Source: an uncultured delta proteobacterium
GTDB taxonomy: Bacteria; Myxococcota_A; Polyangia; Polyangiales; Polyangiaceae
Reading direction: 5' to 3'
Assembly: GCA_963841435.1 (NCBI GenBank)
Contig: CAWJCS010000003.1
Coordinates: 192,001-256,000 of the forward strand
Length of the DNA: 64,000 nucleotides
Shown: one piece after another, positions 1 through 9,959 of the stretch
How the letters are laid out: every line of letters begins with the position of its first letter
Numbering within the stretch: position 1 is the stretch's first letter
Program-made: the position numbers and the translations under genes
The notes under the pieces: generated by a model
Told to the model about the DNA's origin: nothing
The model's input: the letters and a program-made list of their open reading frames with translations, nothing else
The model's database searches: none

Positions 1-179
1 GTCGAGCCCGGGCTCCACGGTCATGGCAAAAACGTTCTCGCGCGCGAAATCAGCCGGGTCAAGCGGGATGAAATGGCCCGAACGTTCCGTGCTCTCCCAA
101 AAATCCTGGCTCTTTGCCCGCGCCCCGGCGCGCGGGCAACTCTGTTATCATAGGAAGTTCGGAGAAGGGTGGTGCATCG

Positions 180-2204
180 ATGCGCTCGACCAACGCTCGC
201 ACGGCAAGCTTCCTGGTCCTCGTCGGCCTTTCGGTCGTGCTCGCCGCGGCCTGCGGCCATGCGGACAAGCCCGGTAACCCGGCTGGCGGCGCGCGCGCCG
301 GCACAGCGGGCTCGAGCGGGCTCGGTGGCGACGGAGGCAGCGGCGGCACGGGGGGCTCGAGCGGCAGCGGCGGCACGGGGGGCTCGAGCGGCAGCGGCGC
401 GGGCGTGTCGGGAGGCGGCAGGGGGGGCGACACGAGCCTGGGAGGCGAAGCGGGCGAGCCCGCGACCGCCGGCACGGGGGGCACCGCCGGTACGACCGTG
501 AGCGAGGGCGGCGAAGGGGGCGAGGCCGCCTCCTCGCAGGGCGGCGAGGGCGGCGCCGGCGGCACGGCGCACGCCACGAAGCTCGATCTCCTCTTCGTCG
601 TCGACAACTCGATCTCGATGTTCGAAAAGCAGGCGGTGCTGAGCGCCGCGGTCCCGGCGCTCGTCGGCCGGCTCGTCAACCCGTGGTGCGTCGGCGCAGG
701 CTCGACGACGCCGCCCGCCATCAACGGAACCTGCCCGCCGAACCAGCGCCACGAGATCGACCCCGTGCTCGACATGCACGTCGGCGTCGTCACCACGAGC
801 ATCGGCAGCCACGGCAGCAACGACGTGTGCAGTGCCGCTTCGAACCCCGATGCCGACTACGACGACCGCGCGGAGCTCTTGCCCTTTCACCGCAGCGGGC
901 TCGTGTCCTGGAATGATTCGGGATTTCTCAAGTGGGATCCCATGCTCGCCGCCAACCCTCCCGGTGAGGACGACGCCGCACAGCTCACGGACGACGTTCG
1001 CACCATGATCGAGGCCGCGGGCATCACCGGTTGCGGTTACGAGGCGCCGCTCGAGGCCATGTACCGCTTCCTCGTCGATCCCGAGCCGCCCCTCACGATC
1101 GGCAACGACGGCACCTTGACCACGGTGACGGGCATCGATCAGGCCGTGCTCGACGAGCGCGCCGCCTTCCTTCGTCCCGACTCCGCGCTCCTAGTCGTCG
1201 TGCTCAGTGACGAGAACGACTGCTCGATCCTCGACGAGGCCGGCGCGCAGGGCTGGCTCGTCCCCTTCAAGGGTGGACCGCAGGTGAACAACTGGCGCAT
1301 GCCGCGCGCGACAGAGGCCTGCCTCGCGGACCCGAACGACGCGGACTGCCATTTGTGTACGCCATCCGACGCGTCCGACGCCGAGTGCGCCAAGGGCTCG
1401 TTTCTGAGCGCGGCCGAGGATCCGATGAACCTGCGCTGCTTCTCTCAGAAGAAGCGCTTCGGGGTCGATCTCCTGTACCCGGTGTCGCGCTACGCCGACG
1501 GGCTCACGGCATCGCGTGTCGCGCGCCGAAGCGGCGGGGAGGCGAACAATCCGCTGTTTGCGGGCGGTCGCGACCCTAGCCTCGTCGTGCTCGCCACGAT
1601 CGTGGGCCTGCCGTGGCAAGACGTCGCGAAGGATCCCGACGACACTCAGAACCTCGATCTCATGAGCGCCGCGGAGCTGCGAGCAGAAGCCCGCTGGCCG
1701 CTGCTCGTCGGCGACTTCGCAAACTATGCCCCCCCCACCGACCCGTTCATGATCGAATCGGTCGCCGAGCGAACGGGTACGAACCCCGTCACGGGCGACG
1801 CGATCGTCCCCTCCTCTTCCCTCGATCCAACCGCCACCCTCAACGGGCACGAGGTCAGCGTGCTCTTCGAGGACGATCTTCAGTACGCGTGCACGTTCGA
1901 GCTCCCCGCACCCATCGCGTGCACAGACCTGAACTCGAACGGCTGCGACTGCAACGCCGACGAGCTGCTCTACAACCGCCCGCTCTGTCAGCCTCCGGGC
2001 GGCGGCGCCGCGGACACGACGCAGTACTTCGGCAAGGCGTACCCGGGCCTGCGTGAGCTCGAGGTCGCTCGGCGGCTCGGCGACCGCGCCGTGGTCTCCT
2101 CGATTTGCCCGCGCAACGCCACGAACGGCGGCCGCACCGACTACGGCTATCTCCCGGCGATGCGCGCGATTCAAATGCGTATCAACACGCTGCTCGGCGA
2201 CTGA
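180..2204 (+). CDS. Cys-rich myxobacterial lipoprotein with Gly-rich linker and vWA-like (MIDAS) domain
   Basis: ATG at 180; lipobox LAAAC; about 120-aa Gly/Ser/Thr linker; DLLFVVDNSISM (DxSxS MIDAS-like), GCGYEAPLEA and LSDENDCS motifs; many Cys. Confidence 0.75.
   Translation: MRSTNARTASFLVLVGLSVVLAAACGHADKPGNPAGGARAGTAGSSGLGGDGGSGGTGGSSGSGGTGGSSGSGAGVSGGGRGGDTSLGGEAGEPATAGTGGTAGTTVSEGGEGGEAASSQGGEGGAGGTAHATKLDLLFVVDNSISMFEKQAVLSAAVPALVGRLVNPWCVGAGSTTPPAINGTCPPNQRHEIDPVLDMHVGVVTTSIGSHGSNDVCSAASNPDADYDDRAELLPFHRSGLVSWNDSGFLKWDPMLAANPPGEDDAAQLTDDVRTMIEAAGITGCGYEAPLEAMYRFLVDPEPPLTIGNDGTLTTVTGIDQAVLDERAAFLRPDSALLVVVLSDENDCSILDEAGAQGWLVPFKGGPQVNNWRMPRATEACLADPNDADCHLCTPSDASDAECAKGSFLSAAEDPMNLRCFSQKKRFGVDLLYPVSRYADGLTASRVARRSGGEANNPLFAGGRDPSLVVLATIVGLPWQDVAKDPDDTQNLDLMSAAELRAEARWPLLVGDFANYAPPTDPFMIESVAERTGTNPVTGDAIVPSSSLDPTATLNGHEVSVLFEDDLQYACTFELPAPIACTDLNSNGCDCNADELLYNRPLCQPPGGGAADTTQYFGKAYPGLRELEVARRLGDRAVVSSICPRNATNGGRTDYGYLPAMRAIQMRINTLLGD
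336..399 (+). repeat. 27-bp tandem repeat (2.4 copies) encoding GSGGTGGSS
   Basis: GGCAGCGGCGGCACGGGGGGCTCGAGC at 336-362 and 363-389, plus a partial copy. Confidence 0.85.
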
Positions 2205-2504
2205 AAACCGAAGACCCTCGAGTTTCGGGAGACCGTGGGAGCGCGAGAAGAATATGGCGATGCGCCGGGAATCTTGCCGACCGATTTCCGCTCTCCGACT
2301 GCCGATCCGATGCCCGGTGGCACTGGTCGTGGAGTGACGCCGCACCCGGGCACCGACCTCGCGAATCACGTGCCGCTGCGTCACACTAGGTTGCGCAAGC
2401 TCGCCGCCAATAGTGAAAGGACCAAGGGGTGGTTCGGGTGTCAGAACCAAGCAGATCCACTGGGCGTCGTGCCCACTCGCGCTAGCTAGCGCTCGGAGGT
2501 TCCA

Positions 2505-3932
2505 TTGCGTTCCAACAAAGTGATGCTCTGCTCGGCCATCTGGCTTTGCCTCTCCGGTTGCAGTATCGAGGCTGATCCGGGAACCGATGCGGGCGGGGCG
2601 TCGGGCGTCGGCGGCAGCGCGGTGAGCGGCGCCGGCGGCAGCGTGCAGGGCGGCGCGGGTGTCGGCACGGGCGGCACCTCCGCAGTTTCCGGCACGAGCG
2701 GCACGAGCGTGGGCGGGAGCTCCGCGGCAGGCGGCTCTTCGGGTGCGAGCGGCGCGTCGGCCGCGGGCGGCAGCCTCGCCGCTGGCGGCACGAGCGGCAC
2801 GAGCGGTGCGAGCGGCGCTGGCTTTGGTGGCGCGGGCAACGCCGGTTCGGGCGGTCTCGCTGCCGGCGGCAGCGCCGGCGTGAGCGGCGCGAGCGGTGAT
2901 GCGAGCGGCGGCTCGTCGAGCGGCGGCATGCCGCCGGGTGGTGCAGGCGGCACGCTGGGTGGTGCAGGCGCCGGCGGATCCGGAGGCTCCGGTGGCGGCA
3001 CCCCGCCGCCACCGTCGGGCTTGCCCGTACCGCCCGGCGCTTCGGACGTCGCGAAGCCCGCGGGAACGCCCAACAACGTGACGGTCATCAACTGGGCCGG
3101 CTTCAAGGGCGCCGTTTCGTATTCGTTCGACGACGCGAACTCGTCGCAGATCCAGCACTACTCCGAGCTTCAGGCGCTCGGCGTGCCGTTCACCTTCTAC
3201 CTTTGGACGGGAAAGTCCGACGCGTCGAACTCGATCTGGGGACAAGCGCTCAAGGACGGGCATGAGCTCGGTAACCACACCCAGAGCCACCAGAGCAACG
3301 GGACCGGCCAGGACATCGACTCGGCGACGCAGTTCATCATGCAGAAGTTCGGCGTGCAGGCCTACACGATGGCCGCTCCCAACGGTGCCTCGGGCTACAC
3401 GAGCCTGGCCAAGGGCCGCTTCATCATCAATCGCGGCGTTTCCGACAACTTGATCGGCCCGAACGACAACTCCGATCCTTTCACGCTGCCCACCTTCATC
3501 CCGCCGCAGGGCGCGAGCGCGAGCGCCTTCAACTCGGAGGTCGACTCGGCGCAGTCAGCCGGGAAATGGCGCACGATGTGCATTCACGGCTTCCAGGGTG
3601 GCAGCGACGGCGCCTATCAGCCCGTACCGCTCGACCAATTCATCTCGAGCGTCAATCACGCGAAGTCGCTCGGCAACATGTGGATCGGCACGATGGTGGA
3701 CGTGGGGTCGTACTGGCTGGGGCAAAAGGCCTTCAGCAGCGCAACCACCATGACGCAGGGCAGCGACAAGACCTGGAGCTGGACGCTTCCGGACAAGTTT
3801 CCGCCAGGCAAGTACCTGCGCGTGACGGTCGACGGCGGAACGCTCAAGCAAGACGGCGCGGCGCTCGCCTGGGATGGCCACGGCTACTACGAAATCGCGC
3901 TCGACGCGGGCTCGGTGACACTGTCGCCGTAG
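2505..3932 (+). CDS. Polysaccharide deacetylase (CE4/NodB-like) lipoprotein with Gly-rich linker
   Basis: GGAGG RBS before TTG; lipobox LSGC; SYSFDDA and GHELGNHTQSH motifs. Confidence 0.8.
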   Translation: MRSNKVMLCSAIWLCLSGCSIEADPGTDAGGASGVGGSAVSGAGGSVQGGAGVGTGGTSAVSGTSGTSVGGSSAAGGSSGASGASAAGGSLAAGGTSGTSGASGAGFGGAGNAGSGGLAAGGSAGVSGASGDASGGSSSGGMPPGGAGGTLGGAGAGGSGGSGGGTPPPPSGLPVPPGASDVAKPAGTPNNVTVINWAGFKGAVSYSFDDANSSQIQHYSELQALGVPFTFYLWTGKSDASNSIWGQALKDGHELGNHTQSHQSNGTGQDIDSATQFIMQKFGVQAYTMAAPNGASGYTSLAKGRFIINRGVSDNLIGPNDNSDPFTLPTFIPPQGASASAFNSEVDSAQSAGKWRTMCIHGFQGGSDGAYQPVPLDQFISSVNHAKSLGNMWIGTMVDVGSYWLGQKAFSSATTMTQGSDKTWSWTLPDKFPPGKYLRVTVDGGTLKQDGAALAWDGHGYYEIALDAGSVTLSP

Positions 3933-3948
3933 GACTGGCGGAGCAGTC

Positions 3949-4929
3949 CTAGAGGCCGAAGACGGCGCCGATGCGCTCGAGCGACCAGTACGCCGCGACG
4001 CCGCCCATGGCGTAAACGACGCTGCGGTGGAGCCAGGCGCGCTCGAGGCGAAGCCGCGCGGCGAGCAGGCCGACGACGCCCACGGCCGCAATGACGCCGA
4101 GCTGGCCGAGCTCGACCCCGACGTTGAAGAAGAGCAGCGCCGTGGGGACGTGCTGCTCGGGCACGCCGAGGTCGAGCAACGCCGAGGCGAAGCCGAGACC
4201 GTGAAGCAGGCCGAACGCGAAGGCGACCGCCCAGGGCGCGCGTCGCGTCAAGGAGTCGCTGGCGCGCAGGCACTCCGCACAGACGAGCACGATCGACAGC
4301 GCAATCGCGGCCTCCACGGGCGGCACGGCGACGCGGACGAGCCCGAGCACGGTCGCCGCGAGCGTCAGGCTGTGCGCGAGCGTAAACGCGGTGATCGTGG
4401 TGACGAGCGGCGCCCCCCAACGCACGAGGAACGAAAGCGCGACGACGAACAACAGGTGATCGAACCCGGTCAAAATGTGCTCGATGCCGAGCCGCGTGTA
4501 ATCGACGACGAGCGGCGCGAGTGCGCGATAGCCGCCCGAAGCGGGCATGCCGTAGACGGTGACGCTCGGCGAGCTCGCCGTGAGCACGCGCATGAGACGG
4601 GTGCCGTTTTGCCACTCGATGTCGAGCATGACGCGCGTCAGGGTCCCTTCGAGCCACGGAAACGCGACCGGACCGACGAGCCCGGAGGGCCCGCAATCGA
4701 GACGCGCCCCGTCGAGCGCGCAGCCTTTCGGAAACACCGCGGCCGTGGCGAGCGACTCCTCGAGCGTCGGGGAGCTCGAGGTAAAGCGCACCGAAAAGCG
4801 CCCCGCGGCCACCTCGGTCAGGGTGAGCGAGGCCGAATCGATCGCGTGGCTCCACGCGGGGCGAGCGACAGCGAGCAGCGCCAGAGCCAAAAGCGGCGCC
4901 CAGAGCCGGCAGGAGCGACCCCCAGTCAC
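3949..4929 (-). CDS. HupE/UreJ family membrane protein
   Basis: GIEHILTGFDHLLF, TAFTLAHSLTL, FGLLHGLGFA, FNVGVELGQL motifs; signal peptide ending AWSH. Confidence 0.9.
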   Translation of the reverse strand: MTGGRSCRLWAPLLALALLAVARPAWSHAIDSASLTLTEVAAGRFSVRFTSSSPTLEESLATAAVFPKGCALDGARLDCGPSGLVGPVAFPWLEGTLTRVMLDIEWQNGTRLMRVLTASSPSVTVYGMPASGGYRALAPLVVDYTRLGIEHILTGFDHLLFVVALSFLVRWGAPLVTTITAFTLAHSLTLAATVLGLVRVAVPPVEAAIALSIVLVCAECLRASDSLTRRAPWAVAFAFGLLHGLGFASALLDLGVPEQHVPTALLFFNVGVELGQLGVIAAVGVVGLLAARLRLERAWLHRSVVYAMGGVAAYWSLERIGAVFGL

Positions 4930-5917
4930 GGTCGCTCCTCGAAGCGATAGCGCTCGACGATGCGCTGCACCGCTCGGTCGATCGCCCGCTGTTCCTCGGC
5001 GAAGGTCCAGTCGGCGACGAGACGCGCGTGCAACGCCTCCCGACTCGGCAGGCCACCTTCGACGCGATTTAGCCGTACGAGCAACAGCGCCTTGTCGCTT
5101 TCGAGCCGTTCAAAGTGGCCGATGGGCAGGCCGCGGACGCGCTCCCCGAGCGCCGCGCCGAACCGTTGATCGAGCTCGGCGGCGGCGAGCACGCCTCCGA
5201 TGATGGGCCGGCCGAGCGTTCGCGCGTCCTGTCCTCCCGAGAGGGCACGCTCGTAGTCCTCGCGCTCCTTTGCCGCCGCCGGGTCGGTCTTGGAAAAGAC
5301 GATGGCCTCGTAGTCGTAGCGAGTCGGAAGCTCGTACTGTCTTTTGTGCGTCGCGAAAAAGCGATCGAGCTCCGCCTCCGAGGGCTCGCGTTTCTTGATC
5401 TCGAGCGCCGCGAGGGCGCGCATCTTGTCGGCGAGAGCCGTGCGGACCGCCGGATCGTCTCGATCGAGGTGCTCGCTGAGCGCCTCGCGGTAGAGCGCCT
5501 CGTCGCGTTTCCACGTCTCGACGGCGTTCGCGAGCTCGGGCGGGGTCGGCGGGCGGCCGTTCTGATCGACGAAGCGCCGCTCGAGCCCCGCCTTGACCCC
5601 GCCGCTCACGACGATGGTGCGCGAGTCGCCCGCGACCAGCCGGTGCCCGATGAGCAGCACCGCCCCGATGACGAAGAAGTGAACCATCGGCTCGCCGAGC
5701 AAGCTCCGCACGCGGCGTCTTAACACTACTGTCAGAGTCTTGGAGGAACAGATCACGATCCGGCAGAGAGAACATGAGCCACGAAAGCAACTGGCGCGGC
5801 CAGCGGGCGGCCGTCTTCGCCGCCGTCCGAAAAGTTCGCCGCTCGCCAATCTGCGAATTTCTCGAAGGAAACGCGAATCTCTGACAGTAGTCTTAAGGCG
5901 CGTGGACGGCTGGTCAT
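4926..5917 (-). CDS. Parvulin-like peptidyl-prolyl isomerase (Rotamase_2 type), 5' end interrupted by a MITE
   Basis: GEPMVHFFVIGA and DEALYREAL motifs of the family usually paired with HupE/UreJ; removing 5724-5896 restores MTSRPRALRRRVRSLLGEP from ATG 5917. Confidence 0.75.
5724..5892. mobile_element. 169-bp non-autonomous MITE / IS remnant with terminal inverted repeats and TTAA target duplication
   Basis: ACTACTGTCAGAG at 5725-5737 and its reverse complement at 5879-5891; TTAA at 5720-5723 and 5893-5896; empty site restores an in-frame gene start. Confidence 0.85.
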
Positions 5918-6049
5918 GGGGTGGCGTTGGTCCGAACCCGAGGGGGCGCGCTCGTCGTCACTGACCGATCGGGTCGCCCGAAAGCAACTAAGCTACGGCG
6001 GGCGACGCCACCGGTACAGAGTTCCGAGCCGAGGAGAATGCCGAGACCC

Positions 6050-7450
6050 ATGCGCGATACCTCGCTTTCGTACGGGAGCCAGCACTCGAGAGCCTCGGCG
6101 CTCTTCTGTTCATTTGTGGCAACTTGTGCCCTGCTGGTCGCCGCTACGGGCTGTGGCACCGCGAGCGACCCGGCGACGCTGGCTGGGCAGGGGGGCGGGA
6201 GCGGCGCCACCCCGGGTGAGGTCGGCGGAGCCGGCGTCTCGGGCACGGGAGGGTCGTCGGGGGCGTCGACCGGTGGGGCGGCAGCCGGCGGAGCCGGAGG
6301 CGGAGCGCCCGCGGGCGGCGCGGGCGGTGTGTCGGGGGGCGGCGGTGCGCCGAGCGCCGGCGCCGCGGGGCTCGCAGGCTCACCAGGGGCAGGCAACGGG
6401 GGTGACGGCGGCGGCGGCGCCACGTCGGGCGGCGGCGCCGGCATGGCAGGCACCGCGGGCGCGGCAGCCGGCACGGCAGGCGCGGCGGGCACGGCAGGCA
6501 CGGCAGGCACGGCGGGCTCCGCAGGCGGCGGCGGGGTCACCGGAAGCGGCGGGGCAGCGGGCACCGCAGGCGGCGGCGGTACGGCGGCCCTTCCGCCTCC
6601 CGTCTCGGACACCAGCTCCACGCTGCCCGTCGCGAGCCCGGGCGGACAGTACCAAGTCGACGCCAACATTCCCTACGGCGATCTGCCGAGACAGCGCCTC
6701 GACGTGATCTACCCGAAGGGCGGCGGTCCAAACGCGAAGACCAAGCTCCCGGGCGTCATCATGTTCCACGGCGGTGGGTGGATCCAGGGCGACAAGGCCA
6801 CCATGTCGAGCTTTTACAGCCGCTTCCTCGCGCACGGCTTCATCGTGTGCACCGCCGAGTATCGCGTCGCCGACGGCACGCCGACGGGCGGCACGGCGCC
6901 AGCCGCCGTCGAGGACGCGCTGCTCGCGGCCAAGTGGTTCTGGGACTACCTCGACTACTACAACGTCGATCGCGACCGGTACATCGTCACGGGCGCTTCG
7001 GCGGGCGGGCACCTCGCGCTCATGGTGGGCATGGCGACACCGGAGGCGATGCTCGGACCCACGAGCCCCGCCGATTACAGGATAGCCGCGATCGTCAACG
7101 GCTACGGTCCCCCGGACGTGCCCGATCTCTTGGCGCGGAACACGAGCTTCGCCGTTCAGTGGCTGCCCGCGAGCACGCCGAACCGCGACGAGCTCGCCGT
7201 ACGCGTGAGCCCCATCACCTACGCGCGCGCCGACATCCCACCGCTCATCACCGTTCAGGGCTCGAACGACACGACCGTCCCGGTGGCCGAAAATCAGCAC
7301 CTCGATCAGCTCCTCAAGGCGGCCGGCGCCGACGCCGACATCCACCTCGTCGCGGGAGCCGGACACGGCTTCTCCGATCCGGCGACGGCCTGGCCCGACG
7401 CCGAGAAGACGATGTTCGACTTTCTGACCGCGCACGGGATTATCCCTTAG
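6050..7450 (+). CDS. Alpha/beta-hydrolase (esterase/lipase) lipoprotein with Gly-rich linker
   Basis: FHGGGW oxyanion motif, GASAGG nucleophile elbow, GSNDTTV and GAGHGF; lipobox ATGC; start uncertain (6038 or 6050). Confidence 0.85.
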   Translation: MRDTSLSYGSQHSRASALFCSFVATCALLVAATGCGTASDPATLAGQGGGSGATPGEVGGAGVSGTGGSSGASTGGAAAGGAGGGAPAGGAGGVSGGGGAPSAGAAGLAGSPGAGNGGDGGGGATSGGGAGMAGTAGAAAGTAGAAGTAGTAGTAGSAGGGGVTGSGGAAGTAGGGGTAALPPPVSDTSSTLPVASPGGQYQVDANIPYGDLPRQRLDVIYPKGGGPNAKTKLPGVIMFHGGGWIQGDKATMSSFYSRFLAHGFIVCTAEYRVADGTPTGGTAPAAVEDALLAAKWFWDYLDYYNVDRDRYIVTGASAGGHLALMVGMATPEAMLGPTSPADYRIAAIVNGYGPPDVPDLLARNTSFAVQWLPASTPNRDELAVRVSPITYARADIPPLITVQGSNDTTVPVAENQHLDQLLKAAGADADIHLVAGAGHGFSDPATAWPDAEKTMFDFLTAHGIIP

Positions 7451-7531
7451 ACGCGCCTCCCCACGCGCCCAGCGACGAGCCGTTCGCTCGGAAGGCATCG
7501 ACGCTCGGCATTTAGGGGGTAGCTTGAGCCC

Positions 7532-8872
7532 ATGCTCGGGGTCCCCGTCCGACGCTCGCTCGCGCTCTTGCTGTTCGTGGCGGCGGCGCTCGTCGGGGGG
7601 GTGGCACACGCCGGTGGCACGTACGTTCACGGGCGCATCGAGGGCGTCATCAATCCCGTGAAGCAGCGCTACGTCGAACGAGTGCTCGCGCGGGCCGGCG
7701 AAGAGCATGCCGCGTTCGTGGTGTTCTCGATCGACACGCCGGGCGGGCTCGTGACGTCGCTCGAGGGGATCACGACGGCGATCACGAACGCCCCCCTGCC
7801 CGTCGTCGGCTTCGTCGAGCCCAAGACGGCGCAAGCGACCTCGGCGGGCGCGTTCATCCTGCTCGCGACCGACGTCGCCGCGATGGCCCCGAGCACGCGC
7901 GTCGGCGCGGCGCATCCCGTTGCGGCCGGCAAACCGCTCGAGGGGGCGCTCGACGACAAGGCGACGAACAGCCTTTCGTCGCTTGCGCGCTCGCTCGCGG
8001 AGCGGCGCGGCCGTCCAATGGCGGCCGCCGAGGCGATGGTCCGCGAGTCCAAGAGCTTCACCGAGCAAGAAGCACAGAAGGCCGGCCTCATCGAGATCCT
8101 CGCCGTCAACGACGTGCACCTGCTTCGCGAGCTCGAGGGTCGCAAGGTCGAGGTGCACGGCCAGGCGCGCGCGCTGACGACGCGCGGCATTTCGGAAATC
8201 GTGGTGCCCATGTCGCGCGTCGAGCGCCTGCTCGACGTCCTCGCCGATCCCACGCTGGCCTCGCTGTTGCTCACGCTCGGCGTGCTCGGCGTCCTCTACG
8301 AGCTTTCGTCGCCGGGCATCGGCGCCGCAGGGATCGTGGGCACCGTGAGCCTGTTGCTCGGCTTGCTCGCCATGTCGGTATTGCCGTTCGGGGTCGGCGG
8401 GCTCGCGCTGCTCGGCGTGGGGGTTGCCGCCATCGCGGTCGAAATCAAGGTGCCGTCGCACGGCATCGTCGCGACGGGCGGGGTCGTCGCGCTGACGCTC
8501 GGCGCGCTGTTCCTCGTCGACCCTGGCCGGTATTTCGGCGGCGAAGCGCGCGTGAGCCTCGGCTGGGTGGTGCCGCTCGTCGGCGGAACGGTGCTCGGCC
8601 TCGTGCTTCTCGCGCGGAGCGCACGGAAAGCGCTCGACGCGCCGTTCGTCACGGGCGAGACGGCGCTCGTGGGCCGGACGGGCATTGCCAAGGCGGGCTT
8701 CGTCGGGGCGGGCAACGAATTCTCGGGAACCGTGCTGGTCGACGGCGCGCGCTGGCAGGCGTTTTCGCCCGCGACCGTCGGCGCGGGCGACGGTATCGTC
8801 GTCACGGCCGTGCATCATGCGCCGCTCAGGCTAGAAGTGCGGCTGGCGAGCCGCTCCGGCGAGATGGGCTAG
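7532..8872 (+). CDS. nfeD: NfeD family membrane-bound ClpP-class serine protease
   Basis: IDTPGG, ATSAGAFI, VGAAHPV motifs; multiple TM segments; C-terminal OB-fold (VDGARWQA). Confidence 0.9.
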   Translation: MLGVPVRRSLALLLFVAAALVGGVAHAGGTYVHGRIEGVINPVKQRYVERVLARAGEEHAAFVVFSIDTPGGLVTSLEGITTAITNAPLPVVGFVEPKTAQATSAGAFILLATDVAAMAPSTRVGAAHPVAAGKPLEGALDDKATNSLSSLARSLAERRGRPMAAAEAMVRESKSFTEQEAQKAGLIEILAVNDVHLLRELEGRKVEVHGQARALTTRGISEIVVPMSRVERLLDVLADPTLASLLLTLGVLGVLYELSSPGIGAAGIVGTVSLLLGLLAMSVLPFGVGGLALLGVGVAAIAVEIKVPSHGIVATGGVVALTLGALFLVDPGRYFGGEARVSLGWVVPLVGGTVLGLVLLARSARKALDAPFVTGETALVGRTGIAKAGFVGAGNEFSGTVLVDGARWQAFSPATVGAGDGIVVTAVHHAPLRLEVRLASRSGEMG

Positions 8873-8911
8873 CAGAACTGCGCGCGCTCCGGCGCGCACA
8901 AGGAGAAAAGC

Positions 8912-9685
8912 ATGGATTCGATGATCATCTCGATGAGCTTGCTGACGTTCTTCGGCTTGCTCGTGCTCCTGAAGTCGATCCGCATCGTCAACGAGTACGA
9001 GCGCGGCGTCGTGTTCCGCTTGGGCCGGGTGGCACAGGGCAACCTGAAGGGACCGGGCCTCCGGCTGCTCTGGCCGTTCATCGATCGCATGATCAAGGTG
9101 GATCTTCGCACGGTGACGCACGATGTCCCACCGCAGGAGGTCATCACCAAGGACAACGTCACCATCAAGGTGAACGCCGTCATCTACTTCAACGTGATGG
9201 CCCCCATCGACGCCGTCATCAAGATCGCGAACTACTACATGGCGACGTCGCTCTACGCGCAGACGACGCTCAGAAACATCCTGGGCCAGCACGAGCTCGA
9301 CGAGATCCTCGCCGAGCGCGAAAAAATCGGTGCTTCCCTGCAGACCATCATCGACGAGGCGACGGACGCCTGGGGCATCAAGGTGTCGGCCGTCGAGATC
9401 AAGGACATCGAGCTGCCGGAGGTGATGCGCCGCGCCATGGCCCGCCAGGCCGAAGCCGAGCGCGAGCGCCGCGCCAAGGTCATCGCGGCCGACGGCGAAT
9501 TCCAGTCCTCGCAGAAGCTCCACGAAGCCGCACAGGTGCTCGCCCAGACCCCGAGCGCCATGCAGCTCCGCTACCTGCAAACGCTCGTCGAGATCGGCGT
9601 CGAGAACTCCACGACCGTGGTGTTCCCCCTGCCCATCGAGCTCACGAGCGCCTTCCAGGCCGTGCTCCAGAAGCAGTCGCGCTGA
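8912..9685 (+). CDS. SPFH/stomatin-like (slipin) protein
   Basis: [50 protein letters not shown]; follows nfeD. Confidence 0.93.
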   Translation: MDSMIISMSLLTFFGLLVLLKSIRIVNEYERGVVFRLGRVAQGNLKGPGLRLLWPFIDRMIKVDLRTVTHDVPPQEVITKDNVTIKVNAVIYFNVMAPIDAVIKIANYYMATSLYAQTTLRNILGQHELDEILAEREKIGASLQTIIDEATDAWGIKVSAVEIKDIELPEVMRRAMARQAEAERERRAKVIAADGEFQSSQKLHEAAQVLAQTPSAMQLRYLQTLVEIGVENSTTVVFPLPIELTSAFQAVLQKQSR

Positions 9686-9792
9686 ACGCTATTTTTTCCA
9701 CCAGTCTTTGGCAGGAGCAGATATCGAGCGGCGCGAGTCGCAACGAGCCTGGTCGGAAACCGGCGAAGCGGGGAGTAGCAAAAGGGGGGGCG

Positions 9793-9846
9793 GTGTCCGG
9801 ACACGCCCAGAACATGATCGGGGCCTGCGATCACGGGCGTGGACAC
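9793..9846. promoter_or_regulatory. Candidate enhancer (UAS) for a sigma54 activator
   Basis: Perfect palindrome GTGTCCGGACAC at 9793-9804; second GGACAC at 9841-9846; upstream of the sigma54 element at 9911. Confidence 0.45.
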
Positions 9847-9910
9847 GGCACGGCACGGTAAAAACCCGAAAGCACGGCCCCTTCGTGTCGGATGGCGCGG
9901 GCAGCGAGAG

Positions 9911-9926
9911 TGGCCCGCAACGTGCA
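9911..9926 (+). promoter_or_regulatory. Sigma54 (-24/-12) promoter
   Basis: TGGCCCGCAACGTGCA versus consensus TGGCACG-N4-TTGCW, exact GG-N10-GC spacing; followed by GAGGAG at 9941 and ATG at 9960. Confidence 0.6.
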
Positions 9927-9959
9927 CTTCGCCTCCGCTCGAGGAGCCAGTCAATCACC

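Noticed and set aside
2318-2333. TGGCAC sigma54-like -24 box upstream of the deacetylase
   Set aside because: The -12 position reads GG rather than GC
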